From: a virus
Lineage: Duplodnaviria; Heunggongvirae; Uroviricota; Caudoviricetes
Length of the DNA stretch: 64,000 nt
Strand: one strand, 5' to 3'
Virus record (IMG/VR): IMGVR_UViG_3300044557_000292
Coordinates: 195,388 to 259,387 of that record
Shown: piece after piece, positions 49,501 to 59,457 of the stretch
Layout of the letters: every line of letters starts with the position of its first letter
Numbering within the stretch: position 1 is the stretch's first letter
Made by a program: the position numbers and the translations under genes
Notes under the pieces: model-generated
Told to the model about the DNA's origin: nothing
What the model saw: only the letters and a program-made list of their open reading frames with translations
Database searches by the model: none

Positions 49501-50444
49501 GATCTTGATCCATAGTTAACACTACCAGAATATATTCCGTCAGGAGTCCATAAACCCTCATCAATCCATACAGCTCTCGAGTACATCTCTCCTTCCTCAA
49601 CATGCTTTCCAGCATTGAGGAGGAGAAAAATCTTATCAATGGAATCCTTAAGAACATTATTCTTAAGGACTGATTCTCGAATCCTCTTTCTAACCTCTCC
49701 ATCAATATCATCTTGACTAATAGATTGATCGGCGCCAATATCAAAGGCTATTGGAATGGACGTCTTTGCCTTGTAAAGATCAGAAATATCAAATATGAAA
49801 GCATTGTCTCTACCATTATGAACAATTCCTAATCCAGGAGCTAGACCTATACCGAGAGTGATAGCAAGATGAATAGCGTATAAGATCTGATTCCCGATGG
49901 TAAGAGCGTAGTTAATACGATCATTCTCTCCCTGTAGGTCTAATTCTGCACGTCTTCCACTCCAAGTAAAACCATGCTCTTTAGCAAGTCTCTTATACAG
50001 GTCAAGCATTCTACGACCCTCAATTGACCTTAACTGCGCCATTGTCAATGAGCTAACATCATCATCAAAACGCCAATTATACATGGTCTTAGCTGCTTGA
50101 AGGCGAAGATGCTCCTGTGACACAATCTTAGCTTGCTGGATCAGCCATCTGCTCGATGAACTCAGCGCCCTACCATACGCATAGAATCTCGTCTCATCAG
50201 AACTCATCCATACAATTGGGGTTGATCCCTGCGCTAGTAGACGAACGGCGTCTGTTGTCATGCTTACACCGGGTCCAATGATGACAGCAGCTATAGAACA
50301 CGAGGGTATGCTGATCTTCTGACCCTCCCTGTAGGCAATAATCGCACCACCAGAGACGTTAATAGTGCATCGTTCAAGATACACGAATGACGCTCGATCT
50401 TCAAGACGAGGAAGTTCCCGTATTTCCGGCTTGCTAACCCTCAT
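49497..50444 (-). CDS. cas1: Type I-E Cas1
   Basis: LPR.EDR.SFVYLE, GPG.S.T, LRSIEGRR (E), GIVHNG (H), FIFDISDLYK (D). Confidence 0.97.
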   Translation of the reverse strand: MRVSKPEIRELPRLEDRASFVYLERCTINVSGGAIIAYREGQKISIPSCSIAAVIIGPGVSMTTDAVRLLAQGSTPIVWMSSDETRFYAYGRALSSSSRWLIQQAKIVSQEHLRLQAAKTMYNWRFDDDVSSLTMAQLRSIEGRRMLDLYKRLAKEHGFTWSGRRAELDLQGENDRINYALTIGNQILYAIHLAITLGIGLAPGLGIVHNGRDNAFIFDISDLYKAKTSIPIAFDIGADQSISQDDIDGEVRKRIRESVLKNNVLKDSIDKIFLLLNAGKHVEEGEMYSRAVWIDEGLWTPDGIYSGSVNYGSRS

Positions 50445-50454
50445 AACTAGTTCC

Positions 50455-51075
50455 TTATCGTATAGGCTCTAGTATGAGCATGCCGCATCCGTACGCTTTA
50501 GATGGCCCAAGACCATCGACCAACGACTTCTTTAAAGAATCTGCATCTTTAATAGTCACTGAACCATCGTAGGATTGCGATCGTATCGTTATTTTATGAT
50601 TTTTGTTCTTAAAGAACACAAACTTTGACTCATCATGAGTATCGCCAAGTTCCACATCGGATAATCCAGAATCCTCAAGTTTTTTAACGACCCAATTCCT
50701 AGCATTCTTACCTACAATCGGTATCTTCTTACCCCTCATACTGCGATCAATATTCTTATTCATGACCGGATTGCACGTTAGCCTGAATCCATACTTCTGT
50801 CCGTTATGAAGAGAATTGAGGAAGCCATCATACGAGGTTGATCGAACATCAGACAATGAATCGTACTCGCTACTCAAGAACCCATAATCTGGTGCTTGCG
50901 AACTGACCACATATAATAATGTTCTATCCTCATGATCTTCCTCTCTCCATAGCGCCCTATCTTCTGATCCGTAGGGGAATCCTCTGAGGATCAGAGCATG
51001 GACGCGCTCTCTAGATTTGAGAAGGTGAATGACGCTTCTCGTATTGTGAAGGATAATTCTTGTTAACGTGATCAT
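50455..51075 (-). CDS. cas6e: Type I-E Cas6e (Cse3)
   Basis: LTRI...H, R.LWR.E, FRL.CNP, and C-terminal GLGPSKAYGCGML. Confidence 0.95.
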   Translation of the reverse strand: MITLTRIILHNTRSVIHLLKSRERVHALILRGFPYGSEDRALWREEDHEDRTLLYVVSSQAPDYGFLSSEYDSLSDVRSTSYDGFLNSLHNGQKYGFRLTCNPVMNKNIDRSMRGKKIPIVGKNARNWVVKKLEDSGLSDVELGDTHDESKFVFFKNKNHKITIRSQSYDGSVTIKDADSLKKSLVDGLGPSKAYGCGMLILEPIR

Positions 51076-51803
51076 TCCTTATCTCCATTCCTCTCATCAA
51101 CGAAACCAAAAATGTCCTCATTTTCTGGAGAGAATTTGGATGTTGATTCTTCAACTACCGATCTTCCAGAATATTGCCTATTCCTTATCGAATAATCAAT
51201 AGGAACATCTTTGATAATGTCGCCAATTTCTCCATCTTTAGCATCTCTGATAATAATTGGCGTGTACTTATCATCCTTATCACGGATTGACGCAACAGGT
51301 TTCTTCTTAACCTCAATTGAACCTATGACGTTCTCAATAATGTCCTCATACACCCCGTACACAAGATCCGGAGTGGTGGGACATGACTTTCTACCGAGGA
51401 ACAAGCTGTAGACGGGATGATTGATAGCATATGCATACTTATCAATCTTATCATCTTCATCTTGAAGAAATACTGTAAATATAGAATCTTCAAAATAGTA
51501 ACGATTACTTACTGCTAGAGCGTTACCAATTGATACTGACGTGCCGCCGGATCTGTCCCATCTTCGTATCGAGTGATAATCTGGCAGAACAATCCCCGGC
51601 ACGTCAATGCGGACAACTATCTTCAGAGATGTAAACGCACTAAGATCAGCATCCCTCTCCATACCAAGTGCGGCCGCTAGCATACCAATTATCCCACTCC
51701 TGCTAGGCCATCTACCAGCAGATCTGGTCTTGAACTTGGAATCAACGCTCCACGACTGCATTGGTCCGTCAAATCGTAGGACAAGTGTCTTCATAGTGAT
51801 CAC
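51072..51803 (-). CDS. cas5e: Type I-E Cas5e (CasD)
   Basis: LVLRFDGPMQSW...R....PSRSGIIGMLAAALG, DYH, S.RYY..D, LFLGRKSCP. Confidence 0.95.
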   Translation of the reverse strand: MITMKTLVLRFDGPMQSWSVDSKFKTRSAGRWPSRSGIIGMLAAALGMERDADLSAFTSLKIVVRIDVPGIVLPDYHSIRRWDRSGGTSVSIGNALAVSNRYYFEDSIFTVFLQDEDDKIDKYAYAINHPVYSLFLGRKSCPTTPDLVYGVYEDIIENVIGSIEVKKKPVASIRDKDDKYTPIIIRDAKDGEIGDIIKDVPIDYSIRNRQYSGRSVVEESTSKFSPENEDIFGFVDERNGDKE

Positions 51804-51812
51804 CAGGACCTG

Positions 51813-53117
51813 TCATTGCTGATCGAATGGACTATGGAATGTGTTCTTTTCTTCAAGGGGAGAGGAACTATCAGCATGCTCTTCTCGCTCGTATCCATCG
51901 TTCACATCTTCAGAAGTCGAATTGTCATCAGGGTGATCGACCTCTGGATCATCTGAAATTTCTTGAACGGTGTCAGTCACCGTGTCTTCAACTGGTAGAA
52001 CATCATTGACTACGACGCTGCTCAGATCATTGTAGGGCACATGCTCTCCGGTAGTGAATAATCCAGTAAGATCAAGAACATACCTCTTCCTAGGAGCCCC
52101 GTACTGGGCGTCTACTTGACGCACGTAGTCTAGCAGTCTTTCCGAGGCAGCTTCTGAAATAGACGCCGAGGACTTACTGGTAACAGGCCGCTCGAATGCT
52201 GGAGCATAAGACACTGGTCTTGAGTCACGGACTTCAATGATCACAAGTGATGGCAGGGTCTGAGCAGCGAACGTGTTCTGCTTGCCAGACGGTACTGATT
52301 CGATGAATGATCTCAGAATGGAATCAATGGCCACGCGCTCATATTCTTTATCATCGGAGAGATTCTTCTCAAGTTGTGGGAGCCCAATGTTAGCGTACCG
52401 ATAGAACGTGGCGGAATCATACTCGACATTACCAATCATGCCAGCACCAGCGTTAGCCTGATCATCATCATTCTTCTCATTGCTGAGGTCATCAACAGCG
52501 GTGAAGTAATCGAACTCAGTCTGCACGGAATCAACCCCTAGAGCATGAGCAACCTGAACGGCCGCGTCAACGTTGAGGTCAGTATCATCAGCAACCATGC
52601 GCCCGAATGCTGCGAGGTCAACAGAATTAGATCCGTTGAGCTTATCCTTCATCTCCTTCTTATCATCCTTGTTGAAGTCGGTAGATGTTGGATCAAATCT
52701 ACCCAAAACCACGTCAATGACATCTCTCACCTGACGCTTGCTCACGAGGATAAGATACTGCGTGCGTTCAGGATGCTTAGCGTTGAATTTGAATCCTAAC
52801 GCTTCCACAATATTCTTAGACAGGTCGAGGATTGCAGAGTCTCTATCTTCCCCGATCTTATCGGGAAATACGTTATCCCTTCCTGCGAGGTCCTCAATAA
52901 CGAGTCTCTGAAGATTCCTCGTCCTCAAACCGTGAACAAGTTCAGCATTGTCTCTCAAACCAAGCCAATCCCTCATGGCCTTCTTCCACGATTGTGAGGA
53001 CACCCTCGCCCTCCTCACACCCCCATAGATTGCGGTCTTTGGGGATCCAGTGTCGTCTCGATTAAGATTCGATGGGGGTACGGTCTGTATCGCGTGAATA
53101 TCAATGAATGTGCTCAT
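51813..53117 (-). CDS. cas7e: Type I-E Cas7 (Cse4/CasC) with acidic C-terminal tail
   Basis: FIDIHAIQTVPPSNLNRDDTGSPKTA.YGG.RRARVSSQSWK, FGRMVA, DYFTAVDD, PSGKQNTFA. Confidence 0.97.
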   Translation of the reverse strand: MSTFIDIHAIQTVPPSNLNRDDTGSPKTAIYGGVRRARVSSQSWKKAMRDWLGLRDNAELVHGLRTRNLQRLVIEDLAGRDNVFPDKIGEDRDSAILDLSKNIVEALGFKFNAKHPERTQYLILVSKRQVRDVIDVVLGRFDPTSTDFNKDDKKEMKDKLNGSNSVDLAAFGRMVADDTDLNVDAAVQVAHALGVDSVQTEFDYFTAVDDLSNEKNDDDQANAGAGMIGNVEYDSATFYRYANIGLPQLEKNLSDDKEYERVAIDSILRSFIESVPSGKQNTFAAQTLPSLVIIEVRDSRPVSYAPAFERPVTSKSSASISEAASERLLDYVRQVDAQYGAPRKRYVLDLTGLFTTGEHVPYNDLSSVVVNDVLPVEDTVTDTVQEISDDPEVDHPDDNSTSEDVNDGYEREEHADSSSPLEEKNTFHSPFDQQ

Positions 53118-53710
53118 TCTTGTTCTTCCTTTTCATTGTTGTTTGTTTGGGTTTCAGCTATTCTCTGGTTAGAATAGAAGTCTTTCATCCATCGTATGAT
53201 CACGTTATCGGCATAATCATCGAATTGGAGTCGGTAAAGATCGTCAGTGAACCTTCCGTAATCAAATTTTGATGCCCCGTTGACCTTTGGTGCGAGCCGG
53301 TTGAGGAGGTATGATCGCTGACTGAATGTTGAAGATGCTGCAACCTTACGGATCATGGCGAGTCCATCATTATGGGAGTCTCCCTCAACAGTATTCTGAT
53401 AATGGAGGAGCGCTTCACCGAATGGAATGTTCTCGTCATGTGGCCGAGGATCTTTATTAGACCACGCCATGGAGTAAATATGGACGCCTAAGGCGACTGC
53501 TATCTCATCCCTCGTCACGAGGTTGCCTTTGGGTTCTTCCCATCCGATTGATGTGAGTGCATCAATGATTGGTATCCACTGTGAAACAGACGAGGACAGG
53601 TCCGACTCATCCATTTTTCTCCACTTCCCCACCTCAGCGCTATCGCCACCCTGAAGATGATATATGATTCTTTCTGCTGCACGCCCGGCAGTTGTTCTTG
53701 CGTTACTCAT
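53114..53710 (-). CDS. cse2: Type I-E small subunit Cas11 (Cse2/CasB)
   Basis: Position between cas8e and cas7; E.A...G..Y, FGEAL, DY..F..DL, W.KDFY. Confidence 0.85.
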   Translation of the reverse strand: MSNARTTAGRAAERIIYHLQGGDSAEVGKWRKMDESDLSSSVSQWIPIIDALTSIGWEEPKGNLVTRDEIAVALGVHIYSMAWSNKDPRPHDENIPFGEALLHYQNTVEGDSHNDGLAMIRKVAASSTFSQRSYLLNRLAPKVNGASKFDYGRFTDDLYRLQFDDYADNVIIRWMKDFYSNQRIAETQTNNNEKEEQE

Positions 53711-55317
53711 AGATTGTTCAACCCCTTACGCAGCCACATTGAAGCGGTTGCTATTGATTTCACATGATTCTCCTTGCCCACGGTTACGCCAATGATTGCG
53801 GTTGTTGGGGCAAGATCGGCGTACTGATTAGACAGGTCAATAGTCTCCTTCTTTAGAATTCCCTTCCATGATTCCATAGGGTCTCTATCGTCATCATTGA
53901 AATTAGAAAGCCATTGATAGTATTTAGATTGCAGATGGGCATAGAAGACTCCGAATTGAGCTCCTCCTTCTTCTTTGGTGAGCCCCTCAGTGCGCCCGCT
54001 CGCGTAGGCAACGTCTCTGGTGAATCCCACGTATATCTTAGCGACCTTATCAGCTAGGGAAACAGCCTCAATAGCTGTTCTTGCTGATTGGGCGTCATCA
54101 AGGATCTTTGATGGCATTGGTATAGAATCATTGAGAATATCAGTAACAACTGAGGACATGCTAACATCATATCTTGTTGTTACCGCGTTAGCGACTATCT
54201 TATCCGATGGAGAAAGAATTCTTTTCCGTATGAGTTCATGCTCCCATTCAAGTACCATTGGCCTCTTGTTGACAGCGCTATTGTCATGATCATCGGCAAG
54301 AAGAGCTTGCATTCCACGCCATAGCGATCTCTCGGGAGTCCGTATTACCGGTTTCCATATCTTCAGGTCCTTATGATCGGGGTCATCTCTTAACGCCCAT
54401 GAGCACATCTGTTCATACGATCTTCCATTCACCAAGTCAACAGAATCGCCGGCAGTAATAATACATTGGGTAACCTGATTATTATTGCTCACTAGTTTTA
54501 CTCTTCTAGAGGATACGGTAAGATTCTCAATAACTCCTTTAGGTCTAAGCTTATGATTCTTGTCTGCGCCACCTACCTTCAATGGATCTTTCTCCCATAT
54601 TGGTCGATCATTTGGACCACCTACAACCCGATCCGGCTCTAATTGCTGCAATTGTTCTGAGTCGATGGCAGGAGCGCATAGTAATAACGTCTTTTTAAGA
54701 CTTGATCCTGTCGGTATGATCCCCGTCATTTGACTCAATTGAGCCAGGGTTGGATACACTCTCCCAACAGCCCCCTTAGTAGTTCCCTGTCGAGGATCTC
54801 CCACGCAGGCCACATGAGCTCCGCATGGATCATACCCAATAGATGATAGCAGGTAAATAGCTGCCTCATAATACTCAACAGATTGCAGTGAGGATAATGT
54901 TCTAGTATAATAAACCGAAGTTGGCTTCACATCGGCTACTATCTTGTTTAGATTAAAATAATGCCCATCTTTTGTTCTGAGGTCAGCAGCCTGCATGAAC
55001 GGTTGTATGGAATGGATAAGCCAGAACCTGTCATGCCACTTGTCAGCATATGCTCTTATCTGATCCTCGGGGAATCCCTCATTCCAATAATCCTCCCAAT
55101 TCTCCATTGTAAGATCAAGACTAGAGTACAGGAATGCTATCAAGAGTCTAAGAACTGCGAAATTCTCTGATGGAAGCTCGCAGTCAAGGCTCTTATAATT
55201 ATTAGAATTCAGGATAGCATCAGTAATCGATACTCGTTCTGATTGATTGTCATTATTAATGACGGGTATCCAGGGTTCATCTAGCAGATTGAACTCAGGA
55301 TTGACTTCATCGGTCAC
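53707..55317 (-). CDS. cas8e: Type I-E large subunit Cas8e (Cse1/CasA)
   Basis: FNLLDEPWIPV, A.LRLL.A, Y..KW.DRF.L....PFMQ, R.LWRG. Confidence 0.93.
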   Translation of the reverse strand: MTDEVNPEFNLLDEPWIPVINNDNQSERVSITDAILNSNNYKSLDCELPSENFAVLRLLIAFLYSSLDLTMENWEDYWNEGFPEDQIRAYADKWHDRFWLIHSIQPFMQAADLRTKDGHYFNLNKIVADVKPTSVYYTRTLSSLQSVEYYEAAIYLLSSIGYDPCGAHVACVGDPRQGTTKGAVGRVYPTLAQLSQMTGIIPTGSSLKKTLLLCAPAIDSEQLQQLEPDRVVGGPNDRPIWEKDPLKVGGADKNHKLRPKGVIENLTVSSRRVKLVSNNNQVTQCIITAGDSVDLVNGRSYEQMCSWALRDDPDHKDLKIWKPVIRTPERSLWRGMQALLADDHDNSAVNKRPMVLEWEHELIRKRILSPSDKIVANAVTTRYDVSMSSVVTDILNDSIPMPSKILDDAQSARTAIEAVSLADKVAKIYVGFTRDVAYASGRTEGLTKEEGGAQFGVFYAHLQSKYYQWLSNFNDDDRDPMESWKGILKKETIDLSNQYADLAPTTAIIGVTVGKENHVKSIATASMWLRKGLNNL

Positions 55318-58121
55318 TTAGACTCCTTCTTAGAATAATCTAAACCTATCGTCCTATCATAATAGATATCATAGCCCATCAACTCGACGTGCCGATCCTC
55401 ATCAAAGTATAGTACAAGCTCGCCGTTCAACGGGCATTTACTGCTCTGCCATGATTCTACGTAATTGTTTTCAAGCGCGTCTAAGGTCTTGTCAATATTC
55501 CATGGCTTTGATATTGGGCCGGGGATTCCAATCTTCTGGAGGAGAAGATCTTGAGCATCGTGATAATCCGGAGTGTTAGTCATATTCAATAGCTCATTAC
55601 CATACAACGTGCTCACAGAACCATCCTCATGTTTCATGAGGGAGATCGCGTCTAACCCTGACTCAGAGTCCCTAACGGCTGCGCGGGCCGCCTTATCCTT
55701 ATTATTGCTCATAAGCTTGTCATTGGAAGCCATCATAGTTCGGCTAGACCACGGGCCCCTAAGAAGGTACGCTCTTGCCTTATTCTGTTCGGTGGCCACG
55801 TCGTCAGTGAGTTTCTTATCAGCCTCCTCTAAGGGACCAGACCAGGAGTCGGGCGCTATTAATGATGGAGAATCAGATTCCGCGACAAGTTCTGGAATGT
55901 CGTCGGGAATATGTAGAGTGGTTCTACCTAGTAGCACGGCTTGAGCTCGAATGAGTTTTGATGCTGAATAAATCATGGAATGAATCTTGTCAGCATACGG
56001 GGGATTCTCCTCGTCTGTTGACCATCCTCTAATGTAAAGAACGGGATTCTTAACCTTATCTGGTCGTGTTCTTCCGGAATGACGATGGAGTCTTCCCGAC
56101 CTTTGAAGAATGAGATCAATGGGAGCAAGATCTGTTATCATTACGTCAAAGTCAATATCAAGACTCTGTTCTATAACCTGTGTGGCAATCACGACGAGAC
56201 GCTTCGGACGATCGCCATGCTTTCCCAGTTTACTGACCACCTCGTCTTCTATTTTCTTACGATCAAGAGGCATGAATCTTGAATGGAATAAGATTACCTC
56301 ATCTTGCTTCCATCCATTATCTAGAAAGCGTCTGTACTCCTCCTGTGCTTCGCGTACAGTGTTGTGAATAATAGCACCGCACCCACCGTCTGATAGGAGG
56401 TTGCTCATCATGTTGAATGGAGCGTTAAGATCGTCAAATGGAAGAGGTTTGATGGCAATGTCAGCATGGCGTGAATCTTGATTCGGGTGAAGGATCTTCA
56501 ATCCATCAGAGTTATAGGTTGATATGATCGGATAATCTCTCGTATTATCAGTAATAGTGATATTATTATTATCTTTGCTCATCCCCCGTGCATATGCTGT
56601 TACCAGTGCGGATCTTCTACTTGGGCTCAGGGTGGCGCTCATGAGGATGACCGGGCAGTGGAGCGCGGCCAGCCATTCAAGCGCTCTCTCCATGTAGACT
56701 TCCATGTAATCATCTGAAGAGTGGACTTCATCTACAATGACGATCTTACCGGCTAATCCAGCATGGCGAAGCATGACGTGCTTTTGCTGAAGCGCAGCCA
56801 TTAGGATCTGGTCAATAGTACTAACCACGAAACTCGACAGTATTCCCTGCTTACTTCCACTGAACCAGTCTGGAGATCTTATAGAGTCCTTCTCACCGTA
56901 TGTTCTTATATTCCACTCATTCTTCCTCATCTCCTGGACATCACTGTTAAGACTCGCCTGTCCGTGGAGGAGTCGAAGAGACTCCTCACCATTAGTCGCC
57001 TTCTCAATCCAAGTCTTCAATCGCGTGAAGATTCCATTGGCCGTAGCTTGCGTGGGAAGCGCAAAGACGAGTCCCCCAGACCCACGTTTCCTTGCAATTC
57101 GTTCTGCTGCCAGCAACGCGGTTTCAGTCTTACCAATGCCCATTGGAGCCTCAATGATCATGAGACCAGCATCGTTATGCTCGGCATAATCTAGTGCTGA
57201 CTCTTGAAGATTGTTAATGATAGCGTTCTTGGGAACATCGAACCTGTCATGGAATAGAGTGTTGTGGTCAGCATTCTCGAAGGGGTTATTCAGTGTAATA
57301 GTCCATGGAGATGGCAGTGCAAGATCAGCCCATGCGTTTAACAGCCGCTCGTCCTCATCTGTCAATGACCTGCCATTCATAGACAAATGAAAGAGATTTT
57401 GGTTAGAAGCCATCCAGTCAGCAACGATGACCATTCCCGTAAGCACGGATTGTACCCCCAGCGGAATCTCCTTGACTCCCCTGAATAGATCATCGGGTGT
57501 GGTATCACCGATGATGTCATTCCATCTTTCGTCTAGGATGTTAGTCCTTGCCTTCACCCATTGATCCTTATTACCGTATGCCTTAAGACCCTCACTCCTG
57601 GTAATGCCCTCAAGGATATCTCCCTCAACGTTCAGAGTGTTCTCAGCCCATACTCCATGATGTCCGCCAATAACAGTCGCCAGATCGGTAGCAATCCTAC
57701 CGTTTACCTTATGATCTAGCAGCCATTGATCCATAGCGATGTACCCGGTGCTCTCATGTCTGCAGCACTTGTTCTTCGCGTCTTCAGGTATGCGATCATG
57801 AATAGCGTACTCGACCCGCTCAACGAGATCGGGTCTAGTTGATCTCACCTGTCCCTCGAATCCAGGGGAACATTTGCCGACATCGTGGATGCCGGCAAGG
57901 AACACGTAGATCTTTCTTGCCGTCTCGTCATTCACGAGATATGATGATAGGAATGTTCTCAATTGTCTAGGCCAGAACCTATTCCAAAGAATGTCGGCCA
58001 TACCTGCTGTATCTTCAAGATGCTGCGTGAGGCTCAGCCATGTCACGTCATCTGTACGTTGCCCGTCTTTACCGAATTGAGACGCCGTCTTAGCCCATAC
58101 GCTATCTGATACAGAACTCAT
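55314..58121 (-). CDS. cas3: Cas3 HD nuclease-helicase
   Basis: WAK, HLED, HDVGK, GHHG, ADW; APMGIGKTE, DEVH, MSAT, QRSGRLHRH. Confidence 0.97.
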   Translation of the reverse strand: MSSVSDSVWAKTASQFGKDGQRTDDVTWLSLTQHLEDTAGMADILWNRFWPRQLRTFLSSYLVNDETARKIYVFLAGIHDVGKCSPGFEGQVRSTRPDLVERVEYAIHDRIPEDAKNKCCRHESTGYIAMDQWLLDHKVNGRIATDLATVIGGHHGVWAENTLNVEGDILEGITRSEGLKAYGNKDQWVKARTNILDERWNDIIGDTTPDDLFRGVKEIPLGVQSVLTGMVIVADWMASNQNLFHLSMNGRSLTDEDERLLNAWADLALPSPWTITLNNPFENADHNTLFHDRFDVPKNAIINNLQESALDYAEHNDAGLMIIEAPMGIGKTETALLAAERIARKRGSGGLVFALPTQATANGIFTRLKTWIEKATNGEESLRLLHGQASLNSDVQEMRKNEWNIRTYGEKDSIRSPDWFSGSKQGILSSFVVSTIDQILMAALQQKHVMLRHAGLAGKIVIVDEVHSSDDYMEVYMERALEWLAALHCPVILMSATLSPSRRSALVTAYARGMSKDNNNITITDNTRDYPIISTYNSDGLKILHPNQDSRHADIAIKPLPFDDLNAPFNMMSNLLSDGGCGAIIHNTVREAQEEYRRFLDNGWKQDEVILFHSRFMPLDRKKIEDEVVSKLGKHGDRPKRLVVIATQVIEQSLDIDFDVMITDLAPIDLILQRSGRLHRHSGRTRPDKVKNPVLYIRGWSTDEENPPYADKIHSMIYSASKLIRAQAVLLGRTTLHIPDDIPELVAESDSPSLIAPDSWSGPLEEADKKLTDDVATEQNKARAYLLRGPWSSRTMMASNDKLMSNNKDKAARAAVRDSESGLDAISLMKHEDGSVSTLYGNELLNMTNTPDYHDAQDLLLQKIGIPGPISKPWNIDKTLDALENNYVESWQSSKCPLNGELVLYFDEDRHVELMGYDIYYDRTIGLDYSKKESK

Positions 58122-58621
58122 GATATTATCCGCGTTGTAGTCATGCTGCTTATTTTACCAAGCCTCCACTGAACAATCTTAAGAATATTGCCACCCTGTT
58201 CTCTTATAACGTCAAGACCTGAACTAGAGTTTAAATCAAAACTAGGCCAAGGATACGAATCTAATCTTCCTATTATGGGGAAGCGGATTTTCTTGATGGT
58301 TAAGTAGTCATAAACACGAGCAATTGATTTATGTGAGTTCTCATCAATAATGATAGACGTGTAAGTCTTCTTCCTAGATAATGATAATTGATCTTTATTA
58401 AGGACATCCTTGCAGATATCTTGAATAATATGTAGACATTGCTCGGCCAGATCATCACGATCAATAGACTTCACATTAGTCTCATTCCTGTAGTCGGCAT
58501 TCTCATCAATATTTGAATCAGGCTTGTCATCTTCTTCCTCATCTAATTCATCTGGTGGGAAGAATGCTACCGAATTGAGCCCATAAAAATGATCAAGCAA
58601 ACTCTTTATTACAAACTTCAA
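58118..58621 (-). CDS. C-terminal half of a degenerate HsdR-N-terminal-domain-like (type I restriction endonuclease-like) protein
   Basis: II.DI......L..R..TY.SIIIDEN.HK.IAR pattern. ATGA overlaps with both cas3 and the upstream ORF. Confidence 0.5.
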   Translation of the reverse strand: MKFVIKSLLDHFYGLNSVAFFPPDELDEEEDDKPDSNIDENADYRNETNVKSIDRDDLAEQCLHIIQDICKDVLNKDQLSLSRKKTYTSIIIDENSHKSIARVYDYLTIKKIRFPIIGRLDSYPWPSFDLNSSSGLDVIREQGGNILKIVQWRLGKISSMTTTRIIS

Positions 58622-59265
58622 TTCCCATGTAGGTATTTCATATCCAACTCGTTTTTAATAATTGCCATGAACTCGTCAGACGGGTTGTCCATTTCACTGA
58701 ACAAAGCGTTTTGAACTGATTCTTGCATGTAGATAGAAGGTCGACTTTCTTCAATGAAGCGTTTTACGTTCTGAATATCAAAATGGTCTTTACGTATCGC
58801 ATTCAATACCGAATAGGTTGATTCGTCTGGGTCTAGAAGATCAACAATGAACATGTGATTATCATCTATTTTCCCTTTACGATTTATATAGAATTTCCAT
58901 TCAAACCCGTTCGTTATAATAACGATAGAATTGGATTTGGAGTTATCTAACTCCTTATAAATTGAATCAACGTTGAACATGTGTCTTGATATTAAAATCT
59001 CAATAATTGGATTATTGGTATCCTTATCTCGGATTAAATAGCCATCAATCATTGGGTGTTGTTCAGTGCTGACGCGCTCAAGATCCGTCTTATCTTCATT
59101 TTGATTTGGAATTGAGTATCCTAGGACATCATGTATGAATGGAAGCACTAAAACGTCTTCAATAGCCTTTAATGTGAATAAAGAATCCTTCCATTCTTTA
59201 GCGATAAGACCCATTCTTGTAATGCAACTTGGTGTTGGCTCGATTGTATTGCCCTGGTAAGACAT
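58618..59265 (-). CDS. N-terminal half of a degenerate HsdR-N-terminal-domain-like protein
   Basis: LVLPFI..VLGY, D.Y.I, IITNG.EWKFY, F..D, K..FD, E...PSDEF. The PD-(D/E)xK ExK motif appears to be lost. Confidence 0.55.
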   Translation of the reverse strand: MSYQGNTIEPTPSCITRMGLIAKEWKDSLFTLKAIEDVLVLPFIHDVLGYSIPNQNEDKTDLERVSTEQHPMIDGYLIRDKDTNNPIIEILISRHMFNVDSIYKELDNSKSNSIVIITNGFEWKFYINRKGKIDDNHMFIVDLLDPDESTYSVLNAIRKDHFDIQNVKRFIEESRPSIYMQESVQNALFSEMDNPSDEFMAIIKNELDMKYLHGN

Positions 59266-59457
59266 AGCATTTCCTTTTTAGAAAAATTCTTATATATTGT
59301 AAGGATATATGGATTTGCTTAAGATTCCTGTCTTATTGCGAGAAGATTTTTTAATTTCTATAGTTTACGGATACTCCCTCGCGTTAGAACTTGTATAGAA
59401 ATGATATATTTACATTGGCCAAATCATTAATAGATATATCCTTACAAGAAGGTCCGA

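Noticed and set aside
55420-55440. Partial match of the other mini-array spacer (TGCCCGTTAACGG) to the 3' end of cas3 upstream of cas8e
   Set aside because: Only 8 contiguous bases match before a bulge is needed, which is expected by chance in 64 kb.
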